Assembly: GCA_028534125.1 (NCBI GenBank)
Contig: CM052817.1
Location: 39,000,001 to 39,064,000, forward strand
Source of the DNA: Lama glama
Taxonomy: Eukaryota
DNA length: 64,000 nucleotides
Direction of reading: 5' to 3'
The notes below the pieces were generated by a model. It saw only the letters and a program-made list of their open reading frames with translations, was not told the DNA's origin and ran no database searches. Position 1 is the first letter of the stretch. Each line of letters starts with the position of its first letter. A program made the translations under genes and the position numbers. Below are positions 49,434 through 63,139 of this stretch, piece after piece.

Positions 49434-51319
49434 CTATGTACATACATATACACACACAGACACACATGCACACACAAATGTAAGTATGTAGAAGCCCATG
49501 GAAAGTGCTATTTATATATAGTCAGGGTGAATTATTTCCTTTTCTTGGATCCCAGCAAACTTCTTTATAAGCAAAATAGCCTTCTTTATTTAACAGTACC
49601 TAATTGCTCTTCAAATGAAGGCATTCTGGGTCAGGGATATCTTGAAAGTGTCACTGGAGTGGGTCACAATTTTGTTGTTGTTTTGAAAGTTGTAAACTGA
49701 GTGGACCAGAGGAACAGAGGCTTTATATAAATAGTCTTACAAATTCATCATTTTGGGATCTGTAACATCATAAATAAGGAGATACCTGGTTTCATACTGA
49801 TGGATGGACGGCATTACCTGAGATAATGTGTACAAGAGTATTTAGTGGCTGCATATCTCTTAACAAACATCAGGTCATTACTCACTAATCTGGAAAAATA
49901 TTTCTTCTCTCTTGATTAAACAAATGTAAAAGAAACCCTAGCAATTCTTCTTATGATGTGCCTGTGAAACACTGTGAGAAAATCAGCAGCATCCTCTTAG
50001 TTTATGGAACTAGCAGCATCCTCATTCTTAGGGATCACAGATGATTCCACATCCTTGAGCCCATGGATTTTTATTCCCCATATCTTCTTACACTTCTTGT
50101 AGCTCCTAACAAGAACATCCTCTGGGAAGTTGGAGTCCCGAGCATAATGTCTGATATTTCAAGGGGATCAGCTGAGCTGATTGTTCAAATTAGGTACTCT
50201 GGATGCCATTTGGAAAAATGTTCAGAAGCCTCTTTGTGGCTTGGGTTACTTAATGAAGCTGTTGAAGACTTTTCAGTTAATCTTCAATCTTTAGGTCTCT
50301 ATACAGTTCCCTACCTGTTGACTAGATCACTAGCTTAAAATAGTGCATTCATGAACTCTTAAATAGGCTTGAATCCATGGACAGACCCAGGGTCCCAGGA
50401 TATAACTTGACTATTACATTAGTAATTGGAATATAAAAGTAAGAATAGATTTTTTTTTTTAGTCCTTCTGTTCTTAGAAGCCTAATTAATGATCAAAGAA
50501 AAGTGCTGAATGCTTCTAAAGGAGATTCCTGCCTTGCCAATAAAAATGTTCCCCCCAGTATTTCCATTTTTTAATCTCTTCTCTATCTTTGGAAGTATTG
50601 GCAGAGGTGTAAACCCATTCACAAATACAGACTCAAATTAACAGCAGAAAACAGAAACATGGGAAGCACTGAGTAACCTTAATGGTAGGTAAACTGTTGT
50701 GTGTGTGATGCACGCTATTACTTACATATATAATACTTATCATTATTTTATTGTAGCATGGTTGTAATTTTTGTTGCATTATAAATATCACAGATCCAAT
50801 TTTTTGTTTTTTACTACCACAGCAGTTCCTGAAGACGTGTAAACCCATAGTGTTATTACTCTCTAATCTAGTTGAGGTGATGAAATAGTGCCAAAACTCT
50901 CATTGCAATTTCATTAGCATATTCATGAGTCACACTTTTGCAGTGTTGCAGAAACAACACAAATTGGTTTGTGGATTGTGAACTCCCCCTTCTTCTTCTC
51001 TCCAGAAGCGCAGACTGTGGATTAGCAAATCAAATTGGCCCACAAACTTCTGAGCACTAAATTGCATAAGTTTTCTGCTCTGCCCTTATTTCCATTTTTT
51101 ATGATTCTTCTGTTATTGAATGCCATATGAATGGACATACCATCCAATAGAAGAACAAGAATAGGGGCTGGAATGGCTTGACAAAATGGTAGTCCTGGAA
51201 AAGCCAGACTCAACTGCCCTGCTAGAAGAGAACATGTCTTTTTTGTTGTTATTCTTGATGTTTGTATTCTCTTTCTTTTTCCTTTCGAACGGGAGTTAAG
51301 AGCACATTTATAGTTTGAC

Positions 51320-51730
51320 TGAAACTGGCTCCCAGTCTACCAAGCCAGTTTTCTTCCCTCCTTGGCACATTGCTAGCCTATATTTTCCAGCCTCATTTAG
51401 ATGAGACCATAATACTAGTTTGGTCCAATGGAATGTGGGTAGAAGTGGTGCCCATCGCTTCTAGGTTTGACCCGAAGCACATTCTCTGTGTTGTTCTACT
51501 CTCTTCTCTTGCTCCATCTACTGGACAGATATGTATCCTTAGGGTAACTCTGGCAGCTGATTGTTGAAGATGATGGAAACTTCCTCAGCCTGGGTCCCTG
51601 AATGACTGCATGGAATTCCTGCTCTCCGTTCCACCCTGAACCTTAAATGAGAAACAAAAGTCCTTTGTGATAACCCATTGAGATTTCAGATTTTATCAGT
51701 TAAAGCAGTTAGCATTATCTTAAGTAATAT
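51320..51730 (+). mobile_element. Old MaLR LTR (MLT1J-like)
   Basis: 'tggtccaatggaatgtgggtagaagtg...cagcctgggtccctgaatgactgcatgga...ccattgagatttc'. Confidence 0.6.
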
Positions 51731-53342
51731 AATGGCATCTTTATTATCCAGGTTTTGTGCTGTTTAAGAAACTCAGTTGCTGTTATTTAAATTTTTATTT
51801 GATGTGAGAACCTTGAGGATTAAACATATGGTTCATTTCTGCTGTTGGCAGTATTTTCTTGCTATGGTTATGTCTTTTGACTTCCTTGTGACCCATTTTT
51901 ACTAATTACATGCCCTGAAGGGATATTATACGATTAACTAAACCCAGTTCTTCAATTCCTCATAGTAAATTAAGTATTGCAGGAATTATCTGTGAACATC
52001 CAAGTTCTAGATAGAACACTGGAGCCCACCTATTAGTTAACTAGAAAACTAGAAAAGTCAACTTTGCTCAGCACCCAACATATTTCAGAAGTTAAATGCT
52101 GAGAATATTAATAATTTTTAAAGCTTATGCAGCACTTTTGGCTTTTCAAAATACTTCTACATAATAATATCCAGTATAATGTATGTTTACTCAGTTCTTT
52201 GAAAGATTTAGGTAAGAGATTTTTCTGAAGATGAAACATGCATTTTTAAATGAAAAAATTTGTATTACAGTAACAACAACACAGTCACAACACAGTTTTC
52301 ACACTGTTGAAAAATGTATCTCACTTCTAACTTTCTAGGCAGCTAGGGAAAGTTACTCAAGGTGACCAGATCTTCTTTGCTAACACTGCTTTTGATTTAT
52401 ATGTTATGTTGCTATGGTACTTTCAAAAAATGTAAAGCCATTCAGGCTTTGTGTAGGCAGTAAAAGATGACTGATACCAAAGCATAATAAGAAAATTATT
52501 ATTGAAATAATCAGGGTAAGAGTTGGTACTGATGCACGAAAGATCACAAATTGTGAACTTTTTCTAGCTTATTTGGTAGGCTGTGTAGAAATCTGGGTGA
52601 AGTTTAAATATGTTGTAAAATGTCTTTGGTATCTCTCACCCCAGCCAAGAATCCACTATGTTTAGAGTTCAGAGCTTTTTTGAACAGATGACAGACAGTG
52701 TATGAGGTAGCCCATGCTTATATACATCTGAATTATAAATATGTTTTATTTAATTTTTCCATGGAAAGATTGCTGTAGATACACATTGTTTATATGATAT
52801 AATGCAACATAACTGATTTAATTAGAGCCTGTTTTCTTGGCATGCAGTCTCTCTATAGTGGAGGGATTGCTTTTTCCATGGGAAAAAACTCTCAGTGGGT
52901 AACATGATTTAAGAGACAACAGCAGAATACATCCTCTGCTTTTTTTCAGGTTCAATCCATCGCTCAATTTAAGTATGGACATACTGCTTGTCAAAGACTT
53001 CTTGACACATGAATTTTACAACAAAATACCAGTGCACCTACTGCTTGGCTTTCTAACTCATTTATTGTACAGTATAGAGCTAAGCCAATCTACTGCTGAA
53101 AACATGGTTTGTGCAGTTATGCTTGGATACAGTGCAATGGTTTTCTTTAAACTGGAGGGTTTTCTGAGGTTTTACTGACCTTCCTTTGGGCAGATAAAAG
53201 GATGAGACCTATCTCACTTGATAAAAATGATGGTGTTGAGTCCATAGTGTGGAAGAGTGGGGTTTGCAGAGGTGGGAAGCTCTTGTTGCCTTTGAGACCA
53301 GCAAGACAGTGCCTTCTGAACTGAACCTTAAAGAAGACTCTA

Positions 53343-53447
53343 AAATATATATGTATGTCTGTATATGTATAACTGAATTGCTTTGCTGTACCCCTGAAGC
53401 TAACACTGTAAATCAACTACACTTTAATAAGAAAAATTAAATTAAAA
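53343..53447 (+). mobile_element. Severely 5'-truncated young L1 3' end
   Basis: 'atatgtataactgaattgctttgctgtacccctgaagctaacac...gtaaatcaactacactttaataa' plus A tail; perfect 13-bp TSD AAAGAAGACTCTA at 53330-53342 and 53448-53460. Confidence 0.85.
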
Positions 53448-53888
53448 AAAGAAGACTCTAGGGAAGCCTGGTGCAAGAACTCAGGGATGCTTACTAAGGA
53501 AATATCTGTAAAACTCTTGGAAAAAGATGCCTTTAAGGGGAAGAAATTATTTTACCTGACTCTGTTGCATTATTGGTGAGCTGAATTGAAGTGGAGGAGA
53601 AACAAGTGTTTAGAATTTGCATTTAAAAATATGAAAAACTGCAAGTGAAAGTGTCCATTTCTTTTTCCTCTTTTTGTAATTTTTAATTTTAAGGATAGTG
53701 TATGCTAATTTATTCTCACTCTCCAGGGATAACCACCATGAACTGCTTAATACACAGCCTATTAGACCTCCCTTTTGCATATTTAAACACAGTAATTTAA
53801 AAAAAAGGATCATCCAAGACATGTGTTCTATCACCAGCTTTTAAGAAATTTCACCAGTATGTTATGCCAGTTCATACAACACAGTGTA

Positions 53889-54466
53889 TGTGGTAGGATG
53901 ACCCCTAGTGACCTTTGCCCTTGATATGATGAGATATAGATATCATTCCTTTAATTATGTTACACTATGTAGCAGGAGGAGTATTATTTGGGGTTTCCTT
54001 TAAAGTAGAGTTCTCTATTGGATGGATAGTAGAAGTCAGAGGTTTGAAGCCTGAGGGGGAGTCACTGTGACAGAGATTTGCTACTGGCCTCGGAGGCTGC
54101 TGCTGCTGCGCTGTGAACTGTTTAAGGAGAAGCCACATGTGAAGGAGTGCTGGCAGCCTTGGGGAGTGGAGAGCAATCAGCTGACAGACAGCCAGGACGC
54201 AGGAACCTTGGTTCTGCAACCGTGAAGAACCAAAATCTGCCAACAATCTGCAGGAACTTGGAAATAGATTCTTCCCTACCGACCCTCCAGAGGAGAGAAT
54301 GAAGTCTGGCTGATGCCTTGATATCAACCCTGTTAGACCCAGAGCAGAGGATCCAGCTTGTCTGTACTAGGCTTCTACCCCAGAGAACTATCAGCTCATA
54401 AATAGGGGTGCTTTTAAGCCACTAGGTTTGTGGTACTTTGTTACACAGCAGTGGAAAACTGATACA
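53889..54466 (+). mobile_element. MaLR solo LTR (MLT1E-like)
   Basis: TGTGGTAGG...AACTGATACA termini; 4/5 TSD gtgta/gggta. Confidence 0.8.
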
Positions 54467-57400
54467 GGGTAGGTGACTCCTCTCCACTTCAGATTCCTCA
54501 TCTGACTTTAGGGAGGGAAAAGGTCAAACAAAATGACCTTAAGAGTTATAGAAATGTGGTATTCATTTATTCACTCAACAATATTTATTGACCATCACTA
54601 TGCCAATCATGGTTCTAAGTGCTGGGGATACATCTGTGGGCAAAGCAGACCGAAATATAGGCCATCAGTCTCTTAAAGAGGCAGAAGGGAATCGTTGAAT
54701 GTTACAATAATGCACATTGTTTAGTACTTTATATATTACAAAGCATTTTTTCACACTTTTTCTTATTCTGTTTCTCATTCAAGTTTTCACTAGGAGGCAG
54801 ATATTATAATTAGTCTCTTTTTCTAGGTATGCAAACCAGCGCTCCTATCCTAGAGAGGAAGGGACTCCACATGGTCACCCAGCTATACTCATGGCCCCAG
54901 GGGTCTGTTCTTATTAGTAATAGAATTTTAAGGAGAGTTTGCAATGTGCCTGACATGGGGTTTTAGTGCTTTACACGAATTATCTGACTTAATCTTCACA
55001 ACCACTCTGTAAAGTTGATACTATATCTAACCTCATTTCATAGATGAGGAACTTGAGCATGATCAAGGCCAAACAACTTTTCCATGCTGAAGCCAAAACC
55101 CAGACCCTGGTGGCAGCCTGACTCCAGTATCCACATTCTTCATCCTAAGCTCTTCATCATAAGCTCCCCAAGCCAACATTATTGTGCCAGCCTTTCAGAT
55201 GGACTGGCTCTTCGTGCACGTTTATCCTCTGCTGCATGTTCCTTTAGAGCTTCTGTGTGTCCTCAGTTTATATGATTTTAAGCTGCATTTTTGCTATAAT
55301 GTGTCTTGTTTTTCTATGTAGGTTAGTTTTTGGACTCATGAAATGTGGAGTCATTGGTAAACAGAAAACTGTAGTTTATATTCTTTGTAGTTTTCATTGA
55401 GAACATGGTAACATAAGGAAACTATCATATATCATAAGGCAAAACATCGTTTACTTATTAAACTTTTATCTCTAAACCAAGTTTAGAAGTTTAGATCTAT
55501 GCCCCCAGCATAATTCCGTTATCTCTTAGCAGCTTTCTCTGAATCGTTAATCCACGAATGCACACTTCACTCAGATAGGTCATAAATCTTGAAGCGAAGG
55601 CCCAAGTCTTAAACATTCCTCTCATATCTAGAGTACTTGTATTCTGGACACAATAACAGGTACATCTTCATTAAATTAAATCTCAGCTTGTCTCCAGTTG
55701 TGTTGGAATGGCTCCCTCCTCGCCCTCCTCCAGCCTGTCTGATTTCTTGAAAGTAAGAATTTCTGTGTTAGCTGTCTTCCTTCCTTTGCTCTATAAAAAC
55801 CTCTTTCCAATTTCAGCTGGTACTCTGGTGTTCTAGGGTTTGATTAATGGGTTCATGTTTAAGCTGTCCATTCCATTTAAAACCATAATAACTTTGATTG
55901 TGTCCCCTTCACCCTTTGTCACTAAAGCTAAGTAGTCTTACTTTAAAAAAAGTCTAACCTAGAAGACTGCAGCTTCAGCCATCCTGCTTATTATGATTGA
56001 AATAGTCTTGCTCCAAGGCTCTCTTTTTTGTGCCGTGGGGACCAGAATTTTGTGCATAATCTATAATGTGGTATAAATGAAAGATACTGCTTCTTATTTT
56101 TATTTACCCTGCCCCTTGGCTTGATGTTTAATATTTTTGTTCTCTTGACTTCAGCAGGACCCTGGGCAAGACTTGTAGGGTCATTTCCTGGACAGTGACA
56201 TTCTGCCCAGTATCTTCTGTGTGTATTTGGAAGTTTTTTTTTTTTTTTAACATACTTTAGTGGTAATATTTTATATCTGTTTAAAAACCACATTAAAGTA
56301 TATATAAATATTATTTGAAAGTGCTTTTTTAAAAGGGAAGTAATACCCTTTTAGAGAACAATTTCTGTTATAAACAGATATTTTTAGACATCCAAATCAG
56401 ATTTTGTGTTAGGTTGCTATTTTATACAATTTAACTGGATAATAGAATCTTAGAGATACTTTTATTCAAATTCCTTCTTTAATAGATGAAACTGAGGCCT
56501 AGAAAAGGCAAGTGACAGGACCTAGGTAGACTAGCTACTTCAGCAGTGAGAATTGGGTAAGTAAACTTAAAACAAATATGTTAAATGAAAGAAGAGACAA
56601 TTGGCTTAAGCACAAGGACTTAAATTACACTGCCATGAGTTTTTTGGTTTTTATTTCTTTTCCTTTTAAAGTAGGAAAACTAAGAGCTGAAGAACCACAG
56701 TTTTAATTATCTTTAAAACTCACTAAAATAATCCCTTTTTTTTTTTTTGTGATAGGTAAAAACAACAAGAACCAAAAGAAAAGTCACAAACATTTGTTAT
56801 CAAAGTGGATTGGGGTCTCGGAGCCCATGGACTGGCCCTGAAAACAAGGTGGTTCCCAGACAATGACCTGGAATTAGAAAGGAGCTTCCTTCTCAATTCA
56901 CACATAAAACTAAGGATTGACTACAGTTAGGAGTTAATGTGTAAGTGCTACATTGTACTCAGATATTCAATGTATCTAAATTTGGGGTATTATATATAAC
57001 TTTAAAAGTACTTGTCAACATTGTTATATTAATATTTTGATAGTTACTTTTACATTTAAAAGATGAAAAATGTGGTCATGTTCCTCTGGTTACCTAGATA
57101 GCTGAAAGTTTGACTTCCACGCATAAAAGTACTATTTCTCTTCTAGATTAGGTTTACTCTAACTGCAAACAGAGTATTCAGGGAAAATAAGCATACTGGA
57201 TCTCTACACCTAAACATGTGAAGTGATGACAGCGAATGTTTGGACGTAATGAAGCTTTTCTTCCACTCTCATGCTTTTGATTCATGCACTGATGATATCG
57301 TTCTAAAGTTTCTACACTGTCTACAGTTATTTATTTCACTATTTTTAAGCGCTTACTGCCGACAACAACTTGGGCATTGCATATTGCAGCAGCTCTCCTT

Positions 57401-57937
57401 CATTAGCATTTTCCTAACTTCCACTGAAGGCCTTCTCATTTATTCCCAGCCAGTTTTTCCCATTTCTTCTACATTGGGTTCTAACCCTTCCCCATTGATC
57501 TCACAGTGACTCAGTTTTAATAACAATTTTCATGGGAATATGACAAAAACTTTTGGAAATTTAATGTCAAGATAACATTTATAAACCTACAAAATGTATT
57601 AGCTTCTTGTTATATAAATCTTGTGTCACTTACAAGGTGATCTTAACCTTTATCAAACTTCTTTATAATACATTGGTTTTGTTTCTACTTGTTAATGTTG
57701 CCTGGGATATTTGATTTCAGAAATGGAAGAGGAGCAGTAAAGTGTAGTGGTGGCCAGTTGGTTAAATTCCACTGTTATTAGAGCCTTTCTAAATTTTGAA
57801 TTAATTTCCAAAATTCAAACATTAGGAGATTTCATACAAAATGTTTATATCTCTACGATTTGTATCACCTCTTGAATAATTAGAAGAACCGAAAACATTT
57901 GGTTACGTGTTGGTAGTCTGTTGGAGCTCTTCAAAAC

Positions 57938-58580
57938 ATTTTTAATTTAATTTTATTATTTTTTATTGAAGTATAGTTGATTTACAGTGTTGTATTAGAT
58001 TCACATGTACAGCACAGTGATTCATGTTTTTATAGATTATACTTCATTTAAATTTATTATAAAAACATTGGTTATATTCCCTGTACTATACATTATATCC
58101 TTGTATCTTATTTTACACCTATTAGTTTCTACCTCTTCATCCTTTTCCTTTATCTTGTCCCTCCCCACTTTCCTCTCCTCATTGGTAACCACTAGTTTGT
58201 TCTTTATATCTGTAAATCTGTTACTTTTTTGCTATATTCATTCATTTGCTGTATTTTTTAGATTCCATATGTAAATGAAAACATCCAGTATTTGTCTTTC
58301 TCTGTCTGACTTACTTCATTAAGCATAATACCCTCCAGGTCCAATTAAGCTGTTGCAGATGGTAAAATTTCACTTTTTAAAAAAGTGGCTGAGTAGTATT
58401 CTGTTGTGTGTGTGTGTGTGTGTGTGTGTGTATTTGTATGTTTATACATACCACATCTTCTTTATCCATTCATCTATTGATGGACACTTAGGTTGCTCCC
58501 ATATTTGGCTATTGTAAATAATGCTGGCATGAACATTGGGGTGCACACATCTTTTTGAATTAGTGTTTTTGTTTTCTCTT
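57938..58580 (-). mobile_element. L1 3' end with internal (TG)n
   Basis: 'ttttattgaagtatagttgatttacagtgttg...ccacatcttctttatccattcatctattgatggacacttagg'; candidate TSD gagctcttca/gaactcttca at 57924-57933 and 58582-58591. Confidence 0.85.
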
Positions 58581-58913
58581 AGAACTCTTCATATGGGTCA
58601 TGGTTATGTAGTTTGCCTCAGTTCCCACCTTGCCCCTTCAGCTTTCTAGATTACCTGCCTGACTTAGATGGAAGCAAATATTAGAGGCTTAAATTCAGAT
58701 TAAGTAATTCTGAAATTCCCATTTCAGTGGTGTGTATACCTTTAAATAACAATTTTAGTTCCCTGAGTCTTTGTTGTCTGGAAAAATGAACGTAGAAAGC
58801 TAATCAGTAGCTAAGAAAAGCCATTAGAGTTCAGAGTTTTGAAATCTCTAGATAAGGAGAGCAAATAGTTTTCCTTTGCAGTGGAGAGAGGAAAATATTA
58901 AACATTGCTTTGA

Positions 58914-59036
58914 GAGGGGTGGGAGTAGCTCAGTGGTAGATTGCGTACCTAGCATACACGAGGTCCTGGGTTCAATACCCAGTACTGCCATTAGAATATA
59001 AATAAATAAATAAACCTAATTACCACCCCCCACCAC
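58914..59036 (+). mobile_element. tRNA-Ala-derived SINE (Vic-1-like, long form)
   Basis: GTAGCTCAGTGGTAGA...CCTAGCATACACGAGGTCCTGGGTTCAATACCC, tail AAATAAACCTAATTACC; 15-bp TSD with one mismatch at 58899-58913 and 59037-59051. Confidence 0.9.
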
Positions 59037-59279
59037 TAAAAATTGCTTTGACTTGCTTTTTGCACTCATGATTTTGATGTCCAAACCACATTGGACCCAT
59101 TGTAAAGAGCTTTAGTGGATCTTTGTCTTCAAATGTTTCTTTCTTTCATGCATATACTTGTCTATAGATATATTAAAAATATTAGAAATTTTGAAAAATA
59201 TATGCCAACCAACTAGAGGAACTATTTTTTCTCTTAACAAATAAATATAATAGCACAAAAAATTTATATATGTGCTCTG

Positions 59280-60278
59280 ACCTTGATAGAACTTGCATGG
59301 TATAGAACTTGTCCTCCCACGTAAACAACTAAAATAAACTAATCCTTTCAAACAGCGCAGAATTGGGACAACAGGCGGTCCAGGACTGTGACCCCTGAGA
59401 GAGTAAAAAAATATGAGCTCTATGAATGCTCTAGTCTCTAGAGACAATTTTCAAACAGTGGCAGAGGTAGGGGGAACTCAAGCATAGCACATTATACTCC
59501 CTGACTTGAGATAAAAATTGGGGTGCTGAGGCAACTTGAATTTTAAAACAAAGTGCCAGCACAGAAAAAGCTATGCAGAGAGAGAGTGAGTTTCATGTAC
59601 CTGCAGAAGGAGCCCCTAAAGTCTTTGGATGAATCTCTATCGGTGCATTTGCTCATGAACTCAGGAAAAGAACACAGAGCTATAAGGTGAACAATTCCGT
59701 TAGCTCACATAGAGCAGAGATGACCACATTCCATCTAGCCAGACTAGAGAGACCTCACTGAATACTTCGGACAATTAGTAGATATCTCAGAAGAATCATG
59801 CCTCAGTAACAGGGCTAAATTTGTCTGAGAGTGAAAATCCCATTTAACCTGCCCTAACAAAGTTTTTCAAAAGTCTTAAGAGGATTCACTTGTAATTTAC
59901 CAGATTATTAAAAGAAATTGCAAAAATAAAAATATCCAGCACTCAACAGTATAACATCCACAATGTCCAGCATCATAATTACTAGATATGTGAAAAAGCA
60001 TCGAGCACCCATAACCATGACTGGAAAATCAGTCAACAGAAGTAGAGCCAGAAATGACAGAAATAATGGAATTAGCGTACAAGGACTTTAAAATTGCTGC
60101 TGTAAATGTTTTCAAGGATTTAACAGAAAACATGAACATAATGAGAGAAACTGAAGATATTAAAAAAAGAACAAAATGGAAAAAAATATAAATGGATTAA
60201 ATGCTCCAAATAAAAGACAGAGATTATCAAAGTGGAAAAAAATCAAGACCCAATGATATGCTATCTGCAGGAAACACA

Positions 60279-60322
<44 letters not shown>

Positions 60323-60580
60323 TTATTTATTTAACACATTTTATTAAATGTGAAGACATAAATAGGAAAAAAGTAAAAGGGTAAAATCAAACACTAAACA
60401 TAAGAGAATTGAGGTGACTGTGTTAATGTCAGATAAAGAAAACATCAGGGCAAGGAGTACTACCTGAGCGAAAGTTCATCAAGAAGACACAGCAAAAGGG
60501 TGTTTAACTGCAGAACTAATAGGAGAAATAAAATATCCACAATCATGGTTGATTAAAAAAGCAGATGGAAAATGAGTTAA
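59280..60580 (+). mobile_element. Old fragmented L1 (5' region to the start of ORF2)
   Basis: 60185-60280 translates with frameshifts to endonuclease-like 'NINGLNAPNKRQRLSKW...DPMICYLQETH'; (CTAT)n at 60279-60322. Confidence 0.7.
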
Positions 60581-60770
60581 GGGGTCAGGGAAAGTCTTGT
60601 AGGACTGAATCCTTAACCTGTGGATCTGCTGCTATCTGTGGGTAGTCAGTGAGGTGAATTTGTAGGACATTTGGCTGGTGTCTGAGAATTGTTTGTTGGT
60701 GTGGGGAGGCCTTTCCCCCACCACATTGGAATGGGTATGAGAACATATTTAACATGGTTCCAAACAGTTG
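60580..60770 (+). mobile_element. MER21-like ERVL LTR fragment
   Basis: 'ccttaacctgtggatctg...gtaggacatttggctggtgtctgagaattg'. Confidence 0.5.
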
Positions 60771-63139
60771 TGTTAGGAGTTAATAAGAAATGAGTTAGTA
60801 TTAAAAAAAAAAAAAGAAACGAGTTAGTATAGTATATCCCCAACTTGTTTCACAGTCTACTAGAGTTGTGATTGTATTGTGAAAAACTGGTTCCTCAGAC
60901 AAAAATTGTGAGAAATGGTGTATATGTAATCCCTATCTGGAAATCCACAATGCACACCAGGCTTCACTAAGTTCTGCAGAAGAGAGCTTGTTTAACTTTA
61001 TTTAAACCAGTGTTTTCTAAGCCTAGAAAACTTCTAACGTGGAATCCTCCACCCATACCAAATACGCACCACCGTATTCTGAGAGTGTTCTATAGAAGCC
61101 ACTTTGCACAGCCTATGGTTAAATGTTGTTGAGTTGTATAGAGGGCCCTTCGAAGTTAGATGAGGCAGATTTATGATAGATTCTGTCAGTGTCATTTCCT
61201 TTTATTTCCTAGTAATGCTCTGCCATCCAGGAGTCAGAGATGGGGAACACTGGGGTGGCCTAGCATGAGCAAGACCTGAGGTGGGAGTGGTCGACTGGAA
61301 AATGATAGTGTCACTAACCCTTAGTGTCCCAGGGATTGAAACTGAGTAGAAAGATGAAAGAAGCTAGACAGTAATGGGCACTAGGAAAACAGAGATACTG
61401 GTGGCTTTTATGAAGATGGAGAGCAAGTTTGGTAGAAAGGAGGGAGTGGGAAAGGTAGAAGGTGGGGACAGACAGGGAACCTTGAGAGTTTGAGGCAATA
61501 AAGTAGTGACACATTGATCCCATTCTTCAGATTCCACTGGGATTTGTAAAAGTGTGGAAGTTATTTGGAATACACGATCAAAAAGTCATTTCTACTGTCA
61601 TTTTCAGAGAGATGACTAGAAGTTTACTGCAGAGACAGTAGATCAGGCAGTTTTCAATGTGTGTTCATTTTTGCCATATCTTCAGCAAAGGCCGAATGAC
61701 ATCTAGTCTGAGGAGGCTGACAGCCAACCTTAAATTATTTTGCAATGTAGGATCTGTGTATCTATAGACTGAAGACAATTGCTCATTACTTATATTGATT
61801 TATATCAGGCAGTGAAGTGAACATACAATTAATAGTTGACTTCATTGGCAGCCAGCTGTTAGTGCCATAATTTACTATGAGAATGGTTTGGTCCGGGATG
61901 AAAAAGAATTATACTGGGAACTGTATTTTTTAGCATTTTAAAGGTCAAACTCAACTCTTATTAATTTAGTCAGAGGTTTAGGTTGATTGAAAAAAAAGAT
62001 TTTTGCTGATGCAGGATCTCTCCCATGCTAATGTGAGGCTAAGCTTAGGAAAAATCTCTTTTATTCTTTGATTTAAAGTTGCCTTTGAATTTAATGGCTA
62101 GTGATTTGGACTGAGTGCAAAATAGCTGAAGATACTCCTGGAGAAGCTTTCAAAGTCTCAGAGGGTCCGAAGTCAGAGGACAGTAGTTATTTGGCAGCAA
62201 TGAATATTTTTGCTTCTTGGAAGAAATGCTTCAAGTTACCTCAAAGAGATGATCATAGCACAGGTGTGGCTTAAGTTAAAAATCACAAGCAGCGATTTTC
62301 TGTGACCATCTTAATATTTTTAAAAAATGGTATTTGCCTATTATGTGCCAAGTTGCCATGACAAGTGCGCTACCTGCAGATCCCTTTCAATTCCCAAAAT
62401 GATTTTGTGACATGTTCTCGTGACCACCTCTCTTTCAGATGGGAAGACACTGAATGAATGGAAGAGCGTGGATCATAATCCAGGCAGCCTCACTGAGAGT
62501 CTGTGCTCTCAGGTCTACACTAGGCTGACCTTCTAAATGCAGAAGGAAGTGTGAGGAAGTAGCATTTGGGTGTTTACCAGGTATGGTCTCTCTCTCCCCT
62601 TTAGGAGTCTCAGATCAAAGCATAGCTCAGAGAATAAAATCTCTGGAGACAGAGATTCCTGGGTTCAAATTCTAGCTTCCCATTTCCTGGCTATTACTGT
62701 TTCCCCAGTTGTAAAATAGATATTATAAAAATAATATCAGTTTTCGGTTTTTCTTTTTTACGATTAAGTGAGGTAATGAATGGAAAGTGCTTAGCAGTAT
62801 TTCTAGCACATAGTAAATTCTTAATAGATTTAGCCCATGATTTATTATTGATTTTGATGAATGCACACCAATGACAAACATAAGAAAGAATGCCAGAGAT
62901 AGTCCCACAGTAGGTTCTTTCAAAGCTAGCGTTGGACAGGACATTTAATGAAAGCTCACTCATTATACCATTTTGGGGGTTTATTATTTTATAAAAGTGC
63001 TATATGGCCCCTGCTGGGAGGATTTGAACATCTAAATGATATAATGGCCTTTTATCCACTGAGTAATACAGGAAGTCATAAAACTTCACTGAGAGAAATA
63101 AATGGGGAAAAAGGAAAAGCTTCAGCAGAGTAGAAAGCT

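Noticed and set aside
60185..60280. Endonuclease-like coding fragment
   Set aside because: Frameshifted L1 ORF2 relic, not a host gene
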